Virus record (IMG/VR): IMGVR_UViG_3300006922_000005
Reading direction: 5' to 3' (one strand)
Origin: a virus
Taxonomy: Duplodnaviria; Caudoviricetes
Length of the DNA stretch: 64,000 bases
The translations under genes were made by a program, and so were the position numbers. The notes below the pieces were generated by a model, which saw only the letters and a list, made by a program, of their open reading frames with translations, was not told the DNA's origin and did not search any database. Below are positions 46,353 to 56,263 of the stretch, one piece after another (the stretch's first letter is position 1; every line of letters begins with the position of its first letter).

Positions 46353-49300
46353 TTATCCTAACGCTATCGAATATGTTATTGCTTCATCTACTGCTTGTGC
46401 CCTTGTTATTACATTTGGAGCAGGTATAGTACTATAATTTACTACACTTATTGCTACTGTATCACTTGGAGCAGTATCAAATGTTAATGTTGTACCACTA
46501 ACACTAAATTCACTTGGGTTTGTATACACACCATTTAAGAACACTAACACTCCGTACTTATCTAATGCTTCGTTTGTCATTGTAAAAGCGACAGTACTAC
46601 CATCACCTATAAACGAATCTACATTAGTTGCCGGAACACTCGGACTGCTTAAATGTCTTACATCAACTATCGCACCATTCTCAACTGGATATGCAGTTGA
46701 TGTACCATCTATAAAGATTAGTTCTTTTCCAGCAATAATATATGCTTCGCCCGGAGTCTGTACAACACCGTTAATAGCAACCATAAGTGATTCTGCTGAG
46801 TTTGGTGTAGTTGAAAGTGTAAAGGCGTATTCTGTGCCATCACCTGTAAATGATTGTTGTGTTACCGGAGTACCATAACCAATACCTAAATAACTCCATC
46901 CGCCATTTGCAAAGTATGCTTCAAATTTATCAGTTTCAGTGTTTAATCTTACTTCACCAGTTGTTGGAGAAACTGCACGTTCTGCCGTTGTTCCTCTTGG
47001 TAATATAAGCCTACCATCTTCAAAATCTATAGCACCGTCTGCTTTAGCAGTAGTTCCGTTGTCACTTGTAATTGCTTTTTTATCTGTATCAGTTACTACA
47101 AGTTTACTTGCAGAGTAACCTTTAAGTTTTACTGTGTTAGCAGATATAGTTTCGTATCCACTAATTGTAATGTCGCCAACTTGTGTACCTTGTTCAATTG
47201 ATCTTATTGCCGCAAATTCATCTTCGCTTTCGTCGTAAACAAAACCAACGTTAATATCATTTCCTCTTTCAAGGATTATACCCATGTCAACTGTGTTGGA
47301 TCCACTTGCACTTTGGTTAAGTGAAATCAAAGGATCTGTAAAGAATACGTTACCTGAACTACTTGGCGCACTTGATCCGCCGTCAATTAAAACTCTACCT
47401 GTTCCGTTTGCACGTAAAATTAAATCTTCGTTTGTATTAATGTTTTCAATAACATTATCATTAATGCTAACTTTGTTATCAACTACTAATCCACCTCTTG
47501 AAATTATTACTTTTGGATAATCCGGAGGAGTTTCGCCGTAGTTGTTACCTACATAAAATGTAAATTGGTCTGAGTCATCATTTGCAGTTTCAACAGTTAC
47601 ATATGTATCACCGTCACCATCTGTAATTGAACCACCGCCAATTAATTCCCATGCACTACCCGACCATGCTTCAATTGATCTTAAATTACTGTTGTACCTA
47701 ATGATACCTGTATCACCTGTTCCATACCCAACATGTCTTTGTAAAGTTGTACCTGTTGGAATTTTAATACCATTAGTTCCTGTAAAGTCAACATACGATC
47801 CAGCAGTAGTATCTAATGCTTTTATTTTATCAATTCCAAGTCCGTTTGTTGAATCTATTTCTGCGGCCTTTGTACCACCTGTGTAAAAATCTAATCTATC
47901 TTCATCAGCACCAGGAACACTTTCTGGAATAATATAAGTGTCGTTATCAACATCACGTACTCCGCCTAAACTTGACCAAGCAGTTCCGTTAAAGCCTTCA
48001 AACTGTGTTGTATCAGTATTAAATCTTACTGTACCTTTTAATAAGTTTACATTTCCTGTCGGACGTTCTGCATCTGTACCAACTGGTAATTTAATAGCAG
48101 TTGTATTATCAAATTTAATAAAGTCATCTGTTAGTGGTTGTAAAATATTTGTTCTAAAACTTGTTGTGTCTAACTGTGCAGTTTCTGTACCACCTGTAAA
48201 GAATTGTAAAATATCTTCATCATTACCTGGACCTGTTTCTGGTTGAATATATGTATCACTGTCAACATCTCTAACACCTCCTAAAGAACTCCATGCGTTA
48301 GTTGCATATCCTTCAAACTGTTGTGTTGTTGTATTAAAACGTATGTGTCCTGTAACTCCAGTTGGTCTTTGTATTGTTGTACCAGTTGGAATATTAAGTG
48401 CTTCATTACCAACAATATCAACATAACCTGTTTGGTTACCTTGCAATTCTAAGTTTGCACCTGATATAGTTGTTTCTAAACCATTGTTTCTAATTAATAC
48501 GTTGTCAACTTGTATTTGTGTTGCGTTAACTTGATTTTCTTCTAGTATCATAATCAAGTTAGAAGTTGAACCATCACCTCCGTAGAAGTTTTTAATGTGT
48601 GCATTTCTCCAACGTTTTGTAGTTTTACCTACATCGTATGTAATGTCTGCATCAGGAATTAAATTACTGTTAAGATCTGCATTGATTGTAATATTATCTG
48701 TATCTTGGTTACCTAGTGTAATGTTACCTTCTAAATCAATGTTACCACTTACATTTAAGTTTCCTGTAATATTAGTTTCGCCTGTAGTTGGAGAAATAAT
48801 AACATCTCCGGAAACTGTTGAAATAGTGTTTCCTGATAATACAAGGTTTCCTGTTGATACTTGTGTAGGATCAATTATAGTTGTATTTGGACCATTTGTA
48901 AAATTAATACCTGTTAAAGAACTAACATCAAAACTTCCGCCACTAAATGTAACAGCACCTGTGTCTTGGTCTACATAAAATAAATCACCAATTCTATAAT
49001 CGCCATATTGGTCAGTTGAGTTATAAAATACTCTACCACTGTTTGCTTCTGTAATTTCGTTTGCTTGTGCTACATCATTGTCGTTGTTGTTAAACTTTTT
49101 ACCTGAACCAATGTAACCAAAATCATGTGAACTCATTCTTAGTCTTACATCTGGACCATCTGCTCTAACACCAAATTGTCCATAAACGTTTGCACTAGAA
49201 ATAGAGCGTAGTTCAGCACCAAATTGTTTTCTATCGTATCTAATTACTGACGTTGCAGTTGCATTAGATGTTTGTCCTTCAATACTTGCAGTATCGTCTG

Positions 49301-51044
49301 TAAATGTTAAATCTGCAAAGTTTGCTAAATTATCAAAGCGTCCATCGATGGTTAAAGTATTTCCATCAACACTTTCAATAGTTGCAGTTGCAGTTGTTGA
49401 CCCATCAGTCGATGTAAAGACAACGCTTTCTCCTGCTTGGAATGGACCATTTGTAACACTTGCAAACTCAATTAAAGTTTTACCGTCGCCATAAAGTCCT
49501 GTTGTTCCTGCAACACCTTCAATACCTTGTTGTGCAAAATATACAAAACTGTTTAACCATTCTGCTCTTGCACCTTCTGTAATAATAAGTCCTTTTGAAT
49601 TAGGTACAATACATGTAACACTATCAAATAACATTGCCGCTTCTAAAGAACCATTATTTAAAACACTACCGTCAATTAGTATACCACGACCTGCATCACC
49701 TGCATCATATCCATATGGATCATCTGATGGATTAGTACCAAGCCTTACTGTTGAACCTAAGTTTAAAATTGTTATGTGTCTTAAGTATGCACTACGTCTT
49801 GTAATTAATGCATTGTTTGCATATTTAAAAGCATACCCTGAAGTTCCGTCCCATTCAATTTCTCTAACAGTTAAGTTTTCAATAGTTACTTCACCGTTTA
49901 GTAAAAAGAAATCATTTGTTCTAGTTGCCGCTGTTGGTTTAAGTTGTGTTGAACGAAGTCCTTGTCCAATAATACTTACACCTTTTGGAACTGTAAGTGG
50001 TGCTACTTCTTCAAATGTACCACTACCTAAATAAATTGTATCGCCTGATGTTGCAACGGTTAATGCTTTTGCAAGGGTTAAGAATGCTTCATTCTCTGCT
50101 CCACCGTTGTTTGTATCATCACCGTTTGTATGTACAAAATAACTGTTGCCTTGCTGTAATAATAAATTTGTACCATTAGCAAGTACTAGTCCTGTACCAG
50201 AACTGTTTATGTTAATATTTGTATTTGAATTAACTGCAAAAATACCTGTGTTGTCAGCATCACCGTCAACTAGGATATTACCAAATCTTAATTCTTCACC
50301 AGTTAGGTTTACGTTACCACCTGAAGTAACTTCAAGTCCATAAATGTTTACAACGCCTGTACCGTTTGCACGAATAACTAAATTTTCATTTGTATTTTGT
50401 GGTTGTATTACATTGTCAGTAATTTGTAGATCGCCAATGTTTGCTTGATTCGAATCAATAGTTTTCCAACGCTTACTTGGATTACCTAAAACATATTTGT
50501 TTGATTCATCTGGTAAAATATCACTTACAACGTCTGCATTAAAAGTAATGTTGTCTGTGTTTCCATCACCTAGTGTAATATTTCCTGCCGCAGTAATCGT
50601 TCCTGTAGCAAATAAGTTACCTGTAATATTTGTGTTACCAACTAATTCAATTGTACCAACACCGTTTGGTCTTAATTCAATTGGAGCATTTGAATCTAAA
50701 GTTGTAATATAGTTGTCATTAATTTCTAATGAATCAACATGAATTTTTGAATGATAGATAACAGGATCATTACCTGCTGGTAACAATTCAATTGTTCCAA
50801 GGTTTGATGAAATTGTGTTGTTTTGTAAGTTTAAATTACCAACTGAAACTTGGTTTGTTGCTTGTAAATTTGTTGCGTTTATAGTGCCGTTAACATCTAC
50901 GTCATAGGCTGGACTGTTGGTCTTAACACCAATTCTATTGTTGCTTACATCTAAATATAATAAATCCGTTTCAAATGCTAAATCTACTCCATTACGTAGC
51001 AAATTTGCCTTCAACAACGGACCTGAAATTCGACCGACGGCCAT
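46353..51044 (-). CDS. Large baseplate/fibre-scaffold structural protein (1563 aa)
   Basis: MAVGRISGPLLK start; YFVHTNGDDTN.G beta-helix-type domain; tandem P.GT...RP...RFNT...WSSLGGVRDVD modules; C-terminal GDG..F repeats. Confidence 0.8.
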   Translation of the reverse strand: MAVGRISGPLLKANLLRNGVDLAFETDLLYLDVSNNRIGVKTNSPAYDVDVNGTINATNLQATNQVSVGNLNLQNNTISSNLGTIELLPAGNDPVIYHSKIHVDSLEINDNYITTLDSNAPIELRPNGVGTIELVGNTNITGNLFATGTITAAGNITLGDGNTDNITFNADVVSDILPDESNKYVLGNPSKRWKTIDSNQANIGDLQITDNVIQPQNTNENLVIRANGTGVVNIYGLEVTSGGNVNLTGEELRFGNILVDGDADNTGIFAVNSNTNININSSGTGLVLANGTNLLLQQGNSYFVHTNGDDTNNGGAENEAFLTLAKALTVATSGDTIYLGSGTFEEVAPLTVPKGVSIIGQGLRSTQLKPTAATRTNDFFLLNGEVTIENLTVREIEWDGTSGYAFKYANNALITRRSAYLRHITILNLGSTVRLGTNPSDDPYGYDAGDAGRGILIDGSVLNNGSLEAAMLFDSVTCIVPNSKGLIITEGARAEWLNSFVYFAQQGIEGVAGTTGLYGDGKTLIEFASVTNGPFQAGESVVFTSTDGSTTATATIESVDGNTLTIDGRFDNLANFADLTFTDDTASIEGQTSNATATSVIRYDRKQFGAELRSISSANVYGQFGVRADGPDVRLRMSSHDFGYIGSGKKFNNNDNDVAQANEITEANSGRVFYNSTDQYGDYRIGDLFYVDQDTGAVTFSGGSFDVSSLTGINFTNGPNTTIIDPTQVSTGNLVLSGNTISTVSGDVIISPTTGETNITGNLNVSGNIDLEGNITLGNQDTDNITINADLNSNLIPDADITYDVGKTTKRWRNAHIKNFYGGDGSTSNLIMILEENQVNATQIQVDNVLIRNNGLETTISGANLELQGNQTGYVDIVGNEALNIPTGTTIQRPTGVTGHIRFNTTTQQFEGYATNAWSSLGGVRDVDSDTYIQPETGPGNDEDILQFFTGGTETAQLDTTSFRTNILQPLTDDFIKFDNTTAIKLPVGTDAERPTGNVNLLKGTVRFNTDTTQFEGFNGTAWSSLGGVRDVDNDTYIIPESVPGADEDRLDFYTGGTKAAEIDSTNGLGIDKIKALDTTAGSYVDFTGTNGIKIPTGTTLQRHVGYGTGDTGIIRYNSNLRSIEAWSGSAWELIGGGSITDGDGDTYVTVETANDDSDQFTFYVGNNYGETPPDYPKVIISRGGLVVDNKVSINDNVIENINTNEDLILRANGTGRVLIDGGSSAPSSSGNVFFTDPLISLNQSASGSNTVDMGIILERGNDINVGFVYDESEDEFAAIRSIEQGTQVGDITISGYETISANTVKLKGYSASKLVVTDTDKKAITSDNGTTAKADGAIDFEDGRLILPRGTTAERAVSPTTGEVRLNTETDKFEAYFANGGWSYLGIGYGTPVTQQSFTGDGTEYAFTLSTTPNSAESLMVAINGVVQTPGEAYIIAGKELIFIDGTSTAYPVENGAIVDVRHLSSPSVPATNVDSFIGDGSTVAFTMTNEALDKYGVLVFLNGVYTNPSEFSVSGTTLTFDTAPSDTVAISVVNYSTIPAPNVITRAQAVDEAITYSIALG

Positions 51045-51154
51045 TGTGTTCTCCTATAAACGGGCATCCTGTGCCACTAACCACATTACATAGCGGGTTA
51101 ACCACTGTTTGTCCTGTAAACCTAATTCGGTCAAGTTTACATTAACAGTATTTA
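51045..51154 (-). promoter_or_regulatory. Late promoter plus a long structured 5-prime leader
   Basis: TAAATA at 51149-51154; 11-bp stem at 51115-51141; hairpin GGCA-CAGGA-TGCC at 51063-51075; SD AGGAG. Confidence 0.5.
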
Positions 51155-51183
51155 GTCTTTAATGGAAAAAGGGTATAGTTGGC

Positions 51184-51651
51184 TTAGTCAAAACCGTGTA
51201 TTACAACAACATCTTTACCCAAAGGTACAGCACTATCAAAGCGTAGGTATTGTCCACCTTGTCCTTGTACCATAGTGTAGTTTACGCCTGCGATTTGAAC
51301 AACGTTTTCTACTAATACTAAAACGTTTGCGGCTGTTGCTGGTGTAGGACTTAAAGGTCCAAACTCTTGATTTGTTGCATCTCCAGTACCTAAGTTTTGT
51401 ACTGTGATTGTATTAGGACGCATAGTTCTTGCTTGTTCCCATGCGTTGTTTACATAAAATTCAAATTCATTTTCTTCTGTGTTATATCTTATCTGTCCAT
51501 TCTCAGGATATGCTGGACGTTCTGCATTTGATCCCATAGGAACTTTTACTGCATAATTTGTACCAAGAACAACTTGACCATTCGCTTCAACAGAAACACT
51601 AGGATCTGTGATAAGTTTAGAGTTCAATTGTTGTTTTTTAACAAATCTCAT
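51184..51651 (-). CDS. Small virion structural protein
   Basis: PMGSNAERP...IRYN module plus a GD...F..VENVVQ..G.NY domain. Confidence 0.7.
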   Translation of the reverse strand: MRFVKKQQLNSKLITDPSVSVEANGQVVLGTNYAVKVPMGSNAERPAYPENGQIRYNTEENEFEFYVNNAWEQARTMRPNTITVQNLGTGDATNQEFGPLSPTPATAANVLVLVENVVQIAGVNYTMVQGQGGQYLRFDSAVPLGKDVVVIHGFD

Positions 51652-51998
51652 TACACTGCTACCGTACTAATTGTTGCACTAATCGTAGCCGGTGATGTTG
51701 TTTGTGCTACAATAGCATCTCCGTTTTCAAGGACTAATCTTTCACTATCCATAATAAAAGTTTCTCCTCCAGGAATTTTTAATTGATGTAATATTTTATT
51801 TTCATCACCTGCTGAACCACCATTTGGTACAATATGTAAATCTAAAAATGTATCTGCATCTGTTAAAACGTTTCCTGCACCAGTAATATTATCTGTGTCT
51901 TGATAGTTACAAAATATCATACTTGTAACTGCCGAGTCACCACTGCTGGTGTAAAGTGTTGTTAATGTAGCATCTATAAAGTTGTTTGTAATCGCCAT
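51651..51998 (-). CDS. Small beta-sandwich virion protein
   Basis: 115 aa; paralog-like to 46012..46344; TAATG overlap with the next gene. Confidence 0.7.
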   Translation of the reverse strand: MAITNNFIDATLTTLYTSSGDSAVTSMIFCNYQDTDNITGAGNVLTDADTFLDLHIVPNGGSAGDENKILHQLKIPGGETFIMDSERLVLENGDAIVAQTTSPATISATISTVAV

Positions 51999-52006
51999 TG
52001 TTTTTC

Positions 52007-52948
52007 CTAAAATAACATGCTATAAAGCAATGCTTTCTTTTTACTTACTAATTCATCTCTAGTACTAGATGTATTTACAAAATATAGTCCAGAACCGCCT
52101 TCTGCTTGGGTTTGAGAATATAGTTTAATTCTACCACTATCTGCACTTGGAGCCGTTGGACTTACAACACCTTCAATACTTAATACATCACGTACAACCA
52201 CTTCTCCTGTGCCGTTAGTTTCTAAAAATAAACTATTATTTGATGTTTTTGGACGTATTGTAGTTCCGTCTATTTGTAGTTCTTGTAATTCTGTAGTAAT
52301 ACCGTTTACACTAAATCTTTGTGTTCCGTCTACATTAATAGTAAACTGTGATAGCGGATCGCCGTCACTAGTATCAAACACTTCAGCAATAGTATTGCCT
52401 GCTGTCATTCTACTAATAGCCGCTCCTGCAACCGCAGTATCTACATACTTCTTATTTGGAATATCATCATCGTCTGTTACGTTAGTTTCATAGTCACTTG
52501 TTCCTGTAACACTAACAACAGCATTAGGAGCATTTTGTCCTAGCAATAATAAATCTTCACCTGAAGTTTCAACTACGTGTGCTTGGATTGCTCCAAGACT
52601 TGATCCTACTTTAAATGTAAAAACACCTTCTCCTGTACCACCATTTGGTTGTAAGTATGATAATGTGTCATCAAATAACATAGTAGCCGCTGAACTTGAA
52701 GGACCTCTGTATATATTAAGTCCTGCTTGTCCTAAACTTATGCCACTAGGTGATGTTTCACCTGAGTTGATAATAATAATATTATCTTCAATCGACATGT
52801 TTGCAGTTTGAATTGTAGTTGTAGCACCAAGTACAGTCAAATCTCCAGTAATTCTCACTTCTGGAGTATCCATAGTAAGTCGTGTTCCGGTACTAGTGGA
52901 AGTTACGATTTTGTAATCACCTGTTACTTTAAGTACATCTACTGCCAT
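52007..52948 (-). CDS. Virion structural protein (fibre-like, beta-rich)
   Basis: 313 aa; DLTV.G.TTTI.T.N..IEDNII.IN.GE shaft motif; TAAATA upstream. Confidence 0.7.
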   Translation of the reverse strand: MAVDVLKVTGDYKIVTSTSTGTRLTMDTPEVRITGDLTVLGATTTIQTANMSIEDNIIIINSGETSPSGISLGQAGLNIYRGPSSSAATMLFDDTLSYLQPNGGTGEGVFTFKVGSSLGAIQAHVVETSGEDLLLLGQNAPNAVVSVTGTSDYETNVTDDDDIPNKKYVDTAVAGAAISRMTAGNTIAEVFDTSDGDPLSQFTINVDGTQRFSVNGITTELQELQIDGTTIRPKTSNNSLFLETNGTGEVVVRDVLSIEGVVSPTAPSADSGRIKLYSQTQAEGGSGLYFVNTSSTRDELVSKKKALLYSMLF

Positions 52949-52990
52949 TTGATTAAGGATCCTTTGTTAATAGTATTATTTAGTCAAGAG

Positions 52991-53015
52991 AAAAGGGCAA
53001 AGCGAACTTTGCCCT
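52991..53015 (-). terminator. Rho-independent terminator
   Basis: Minus strand AGGGCAAAG-TTCG-CTTTGCCCT followed by a T-tract. Confidence 0.85.
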
Positions 53016-53038
53016 CTCCTAATGTTAATAACCAACGA

Positions 53039-53488
53039 TTATGCGTCTTCTGTGAAGTCGTCGTCGTCTGTACCAGTTAATGTGTTATCATCACCTGCTT
53101 CTTCAACTTGTGCCGCACCATCTGATGTAGATGTACTAAAGTTCCACGCTACGCTTTTTCCGTCAAATGCGTTTGCGCCTGTTCCGCTTGGAGCAGATAA
53201 AGTTGCTTTACGTCCAGAAATTTTACTTACTGTGTAAGTTTCTGCATCATCCATTTTGAATGAAATAGCCATTTCGCCTGCCGCTAATGCCGCTGGTAAT
53301 TTACCAGTTGTTAGTGTACAAGTGAATTCGCCTGCTGTTTCAATTTCTTCACATACAAACTTTTTTGAGCCTTTTTGCTTTACAATATAACCTTCTTTAA
53401 CTGCTGTGCCGTTATGAAAGTTTACTTTGATTTCGTTACCACCTGCTGTAGGTGCTCCGAATAATCTTTTGTTTAGTGGTCTTCCCAT
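53039..53488 (-). CDS. Structural protein of unknown function (MGRPLNKR...)
   Basis: Start reassigned to 53488 (AGGAG SD); own late promoter and terminator suggest high expression. Confidence 0.7.
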   Translation of the reverse strand: MGRPLNKRLFGAPTAGGNEIKVNFHNGTAVKEGYIVKQKGSKKFVCEEIETAGEFTCTLTTGKLPAALAAGEMAISFKMDDAETYTVSKISGRKATLSAPSGTGANAFDGKSVAWNFSTSTSDGAAQVEEAGDDNTLTGTDDDDFTEDA

Positions 53489-53591
53489 TTTTTTTCTCCT
53501 ATTAAGTAGTCCTATCTGGGTTCTATCCAGTACGCTGTGGGTACAGCATAAGTCCATTACACTATTGTAATTTCCTATTTGACAGTAATAT

Positions 53592-53879
53592 TTAGTCTAG
53601 CCTAGTAAACAAATGCATAAGATGTACAGAACTAAAATCTTTTACAAGACGGTTAATTTTAGCACATTGATCTTTGTGTTCTAATATTACACTATCACGT
53701 CTTTGTTGTCTGTACTTTAATTCTATATTACTGAGTTTGTTTATTTCACTACGCATTCCACTACAAAACTTTGCAATGTCAAATTTAAACTCTGGGGCTG
53801 TTTTTCCAAGAGTACGTATCTGAGTTTCTATGTCGGGCCAGTCTAGACTTGATGTTATTTCTTTAATACTCTCTTGCAT
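53592..53879 (-). CDS. Hypothetical protein
   Basis: 95-aa ORF with TAAATA immediately upstream. Confidence 0.6.
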   Translation of the reverse strand: MQESIKEITSSLDWPDIETQIRTLGKTAPEFKFDIAKFCSGMRSEINKLSNIELKYRQQRRDSVILEHKDQCAKINRLVKDFSSVHLMHLFTRLD

Positions 53880-53898
53880 ACAAATATTTATCAGTCAT

Positions 53899-53927
53899 AA
53901 AAAAAGGGCGACCAAAGCCGCCCTTTT
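53899..53927 (-). terminator. Rho-independent terminator after the major capsid gene
   Basis: Minus strand AAAAGGGCG-GCTTTGGT-CGCCCTTTTTTT. Confidence 0.88.
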
Positions 53928-53948
53928 CTGTGTTTTGTAACTAATCTC

Positions 53949-55142
53949 TTACGAGAATGATACGTTTGCTGTTGTAATAGCAACTTTACCTAAGTAGTCA
54001 CCAGCGTTACCTAAAGATGACGCAGTGTTAGTAAGTTCTACATAACCATAACGTGTCATGAAGCCTACTACTGGCTCAAAAGTTTCAGGATCTAATACTA
54101 CACCTGAACTCATTAGTGGAATGTATGGGCAATAAAACGCCGCCGCATCCGCTTCTGATGAACCTTTGTAACCAACAAGTACTTGGTTGTTGTCTTCTGC
54201 AGTTGTATCAGCCATGTAAGCGTCAACATATACTCTCATAGCGTTATTCAAAGTACCTACAAATTTAGTATTTGTTGGTGCTTCAAAAGTACCTTCAGTT
54301 GTTCTTGCAAACGCTGAAGTTGTAGCAGATTGTAGGATAGTTAATGCTTGGTTTGAAACCACTGCAAAGTTACCTGCACCTCTACGTGTACGCTGTGCGA
54401 TTTTGTTAGCAGTTCTGTTGATTTGAACAGCAAGTGCCGCATGTTCATCACCAACAAAAGTTGCTGTACCGCTTACAGCCGCTTGGTCGTAAGTTTCTTC
54501 AACTGAAGCAAGTGAACGAAGAGATGTTAAAATCTCTTGGTCAATCTCAGCAGTAATCTCTTGTGCAAGAGCCGCCATGATTTCCGCTTCAATATCGATA
54601 CCTTGTTGTGCTTGAGCATCTTGTGCCGCTTCAAATGTCCAACGTGCAGATAGTTTTCTTGACTTCGCTTCTACTGCTTGTTTTAAGATTTGAATTGACA
54701 ATCTGTTACCTGCACTACCTTCTAAAGCCGCTGTTGAAGCCGCTTTACCCGCAGTACCGTCACCAGCATATGCTTGACCGATTTTGAATGGTGATAAAGC
54801 CTCATCACCTGCAGTCACATCATTTGCAGTTCCTGTAGCGTTGTTAGTGTCTGAGTAACGTACTCTTAGTGTGTGAATTTGTGACACTGGTCCAGTCATT
54901 GGTTGTACACCTACGATTTCATTTGCGATAACCGTTGGCATTACACGTCTAATTACTGGAAGAATCACTCTGTTTAGTGTTGCAACATTTCCTGCGGAAG
55001 TTGCACCAGCAGTTGCCGACTCAGCGAGATAACGTCTAGTATTCTCGAGAGTGACGTCCATTACGCTTTTCTTGTGTCCGTTAAGACCTTCTAGAAGTGC
55101 GCCTTTGGTAGCCTGCCAATTTTCATTGATCATTTCTGACAT
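53949..55142 (-). CDS. gp23: Major capsid protein
   Basis: IRRVMPTVIANEIVGVQPMTGP, KSRKLSARWTFEAAQD, EIDQEIL, FYCPYIPL, GFMTRYG. Confidence 0.96.
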   Translation of the reverse strand: MSEMINENWQATKGALLEGLNGHKKSVMDVTLENTRRYLAESATAGATSAGNVATLNRVILPVIRRVMPTVIANEIVGVQPMTGPVSQIHTLRVRYSDTNNATGTANDVTAGDEALSPFKIGQAYAGDGTAGKAASTAALEGSAGNRLSIQILKQAVEAKSRKLSARWTFEAAQDAQAQQGIDIEAEIMAALAQEITAEIDQEILTSLRSLASVEETYDQAAVSGTATFVGDEHAALAVQINRTANKIAQRTRRGAGNFAVVSNQALTILQSATTSAFARTTEGTFEAPTNTKFVGTLNNAMRVYVDAYMADTTAEDNNQVLVGYKGSSEADAAAFYCPYIPLMSSGVVLDPETFEPVVGFMTRYGYVELTNTASSLGNAGDYLGKVAITTANVSFS

Positions 55143-55157
55143 TTTGTCCTTCTCCTT

Positions 55158-56249
55158 TTAGTTTAATCCCGCTAATTTGCGGAGTTGTATTAAGTTTGAC
55201 TTTTCTTCTACCGGTTGAGTAGTTTCTTTATTGCCTGTTACTTCTGTGCTTTCATTAAGTGCCTTTTTAACAGTTTTAGAAGTTTTTCTGTCTTCCATTA
55301 CTGCTGGTAGATATTTGTCAAATGCTGTGTGCAATTTTTCAGTTTGCACTGACTCTAATAGTTCAGACATAATTTCACTTTTGTCTTTACCTAGCGGAGT
55401 CAATAACTCATTCATCACTGCAACACGTTTCGCGGAATCTTTAGCAACATTAATTTCTGCTTCCTTAGACTCAACTAGAGTATCCTTCTCTGTGATGGTT
55501 TTCTTAGCCTCAGCCAATTTTTCTTCTTTCTCAGCAACAAGTTTCATTAACTTCGCAGTTTCTGATTTCTCGTTTAAGTATGAGTTAGAATATTCATTAG
55601 CAAACGCTTCGAATAGTTTTCTACCAAAATTGTTTTCACGTGCTGAATGAATATCTTCTTTCAATTGTGAAATCTCATTTGCTAGTTTAGTACTTACAGT
55701 TTCCTTAACAATTTCTGCTGACTTAGCAACAAATTTTGCTTTGACTTCTGCAAATTTAGTTTTGGCTTCTTTTACAAGTTTAACCTTGGTTTCTGCCAAA
55801 TCTTTTTTGTCCTCTGCGAACTCGTTGATTTCGTTTGCAAGTTGTTTGACAACAAAGTCTTCCAATTTTGAAAAGTTTTCTGAAACCTTATTACGGTCTT
55901 CATGCAACTCTCCAATTTCTTTAGTTAATTGCTTGAGCATAAACTCTTGCAATTTTTCAGAGTGTTCACCGACTTTCTTCTTATAAGATACAGTTGCTTC
56001 CGCAAGTGCCTTCTTATCTTCAGCAATTTCAGCAATCTCTGATTCTAAACGTTCGGAAATCATTTTGTCAATCGCTTCAACCATGTTTGATTTATCATGC
56101 TCATAACGATTTGCAAATTCCTCACGGAGTTCAGCAGTAACAGTGTCTTTGTTTTCCTTGATCTTCGCGTCCCACGCTTCTTGTAAGTCAGAACGTACTT
56201 CCTCACCTAGAATACCTGTTTCGAAAAGTTTGTTAAACATATCACTCAT
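55158..56249 (-). CDS. gp22: Prohead scaffolding/core protein
   Basis: Long E/K-rich coiled coil between the protease and the MCP; FGRKLFEAF motif. Confidence 0.8.
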   Translation of the reverse strand: MSDMFNKLFETGILGEEVRSDLQEAWDAKIKENKDTVTAELREEFANRYEHDKSNMVEAIDKMISERLESEIAEIAEDKKALAEATVSYKKKVGEHSEKLQEFMLKQLTKEIGELHEDRNKVSENFSKLEDFVVKQLANEINEFAEDKKDLAETKVKLVKEAKTKFAEVKAKFVAKSAEIVKETVSTKLANEISQLKEDIHSARENNFGRKLFEAFANEYSNSYLNEKSETAKLMKLVAEKEEKLAEAKKTITEKDTLVESKEAEINVAKDSAKRVAVMNELLTPLGKDKSEIMSELLESVQTEKLHTAFDKYLPAVMEDRKTSKTVKKALNESTEVTGNKETTQPVEEKSNLIQLRKLAGLN

Positions 56250-56263
56250 TTGCTTCTCCTTTG

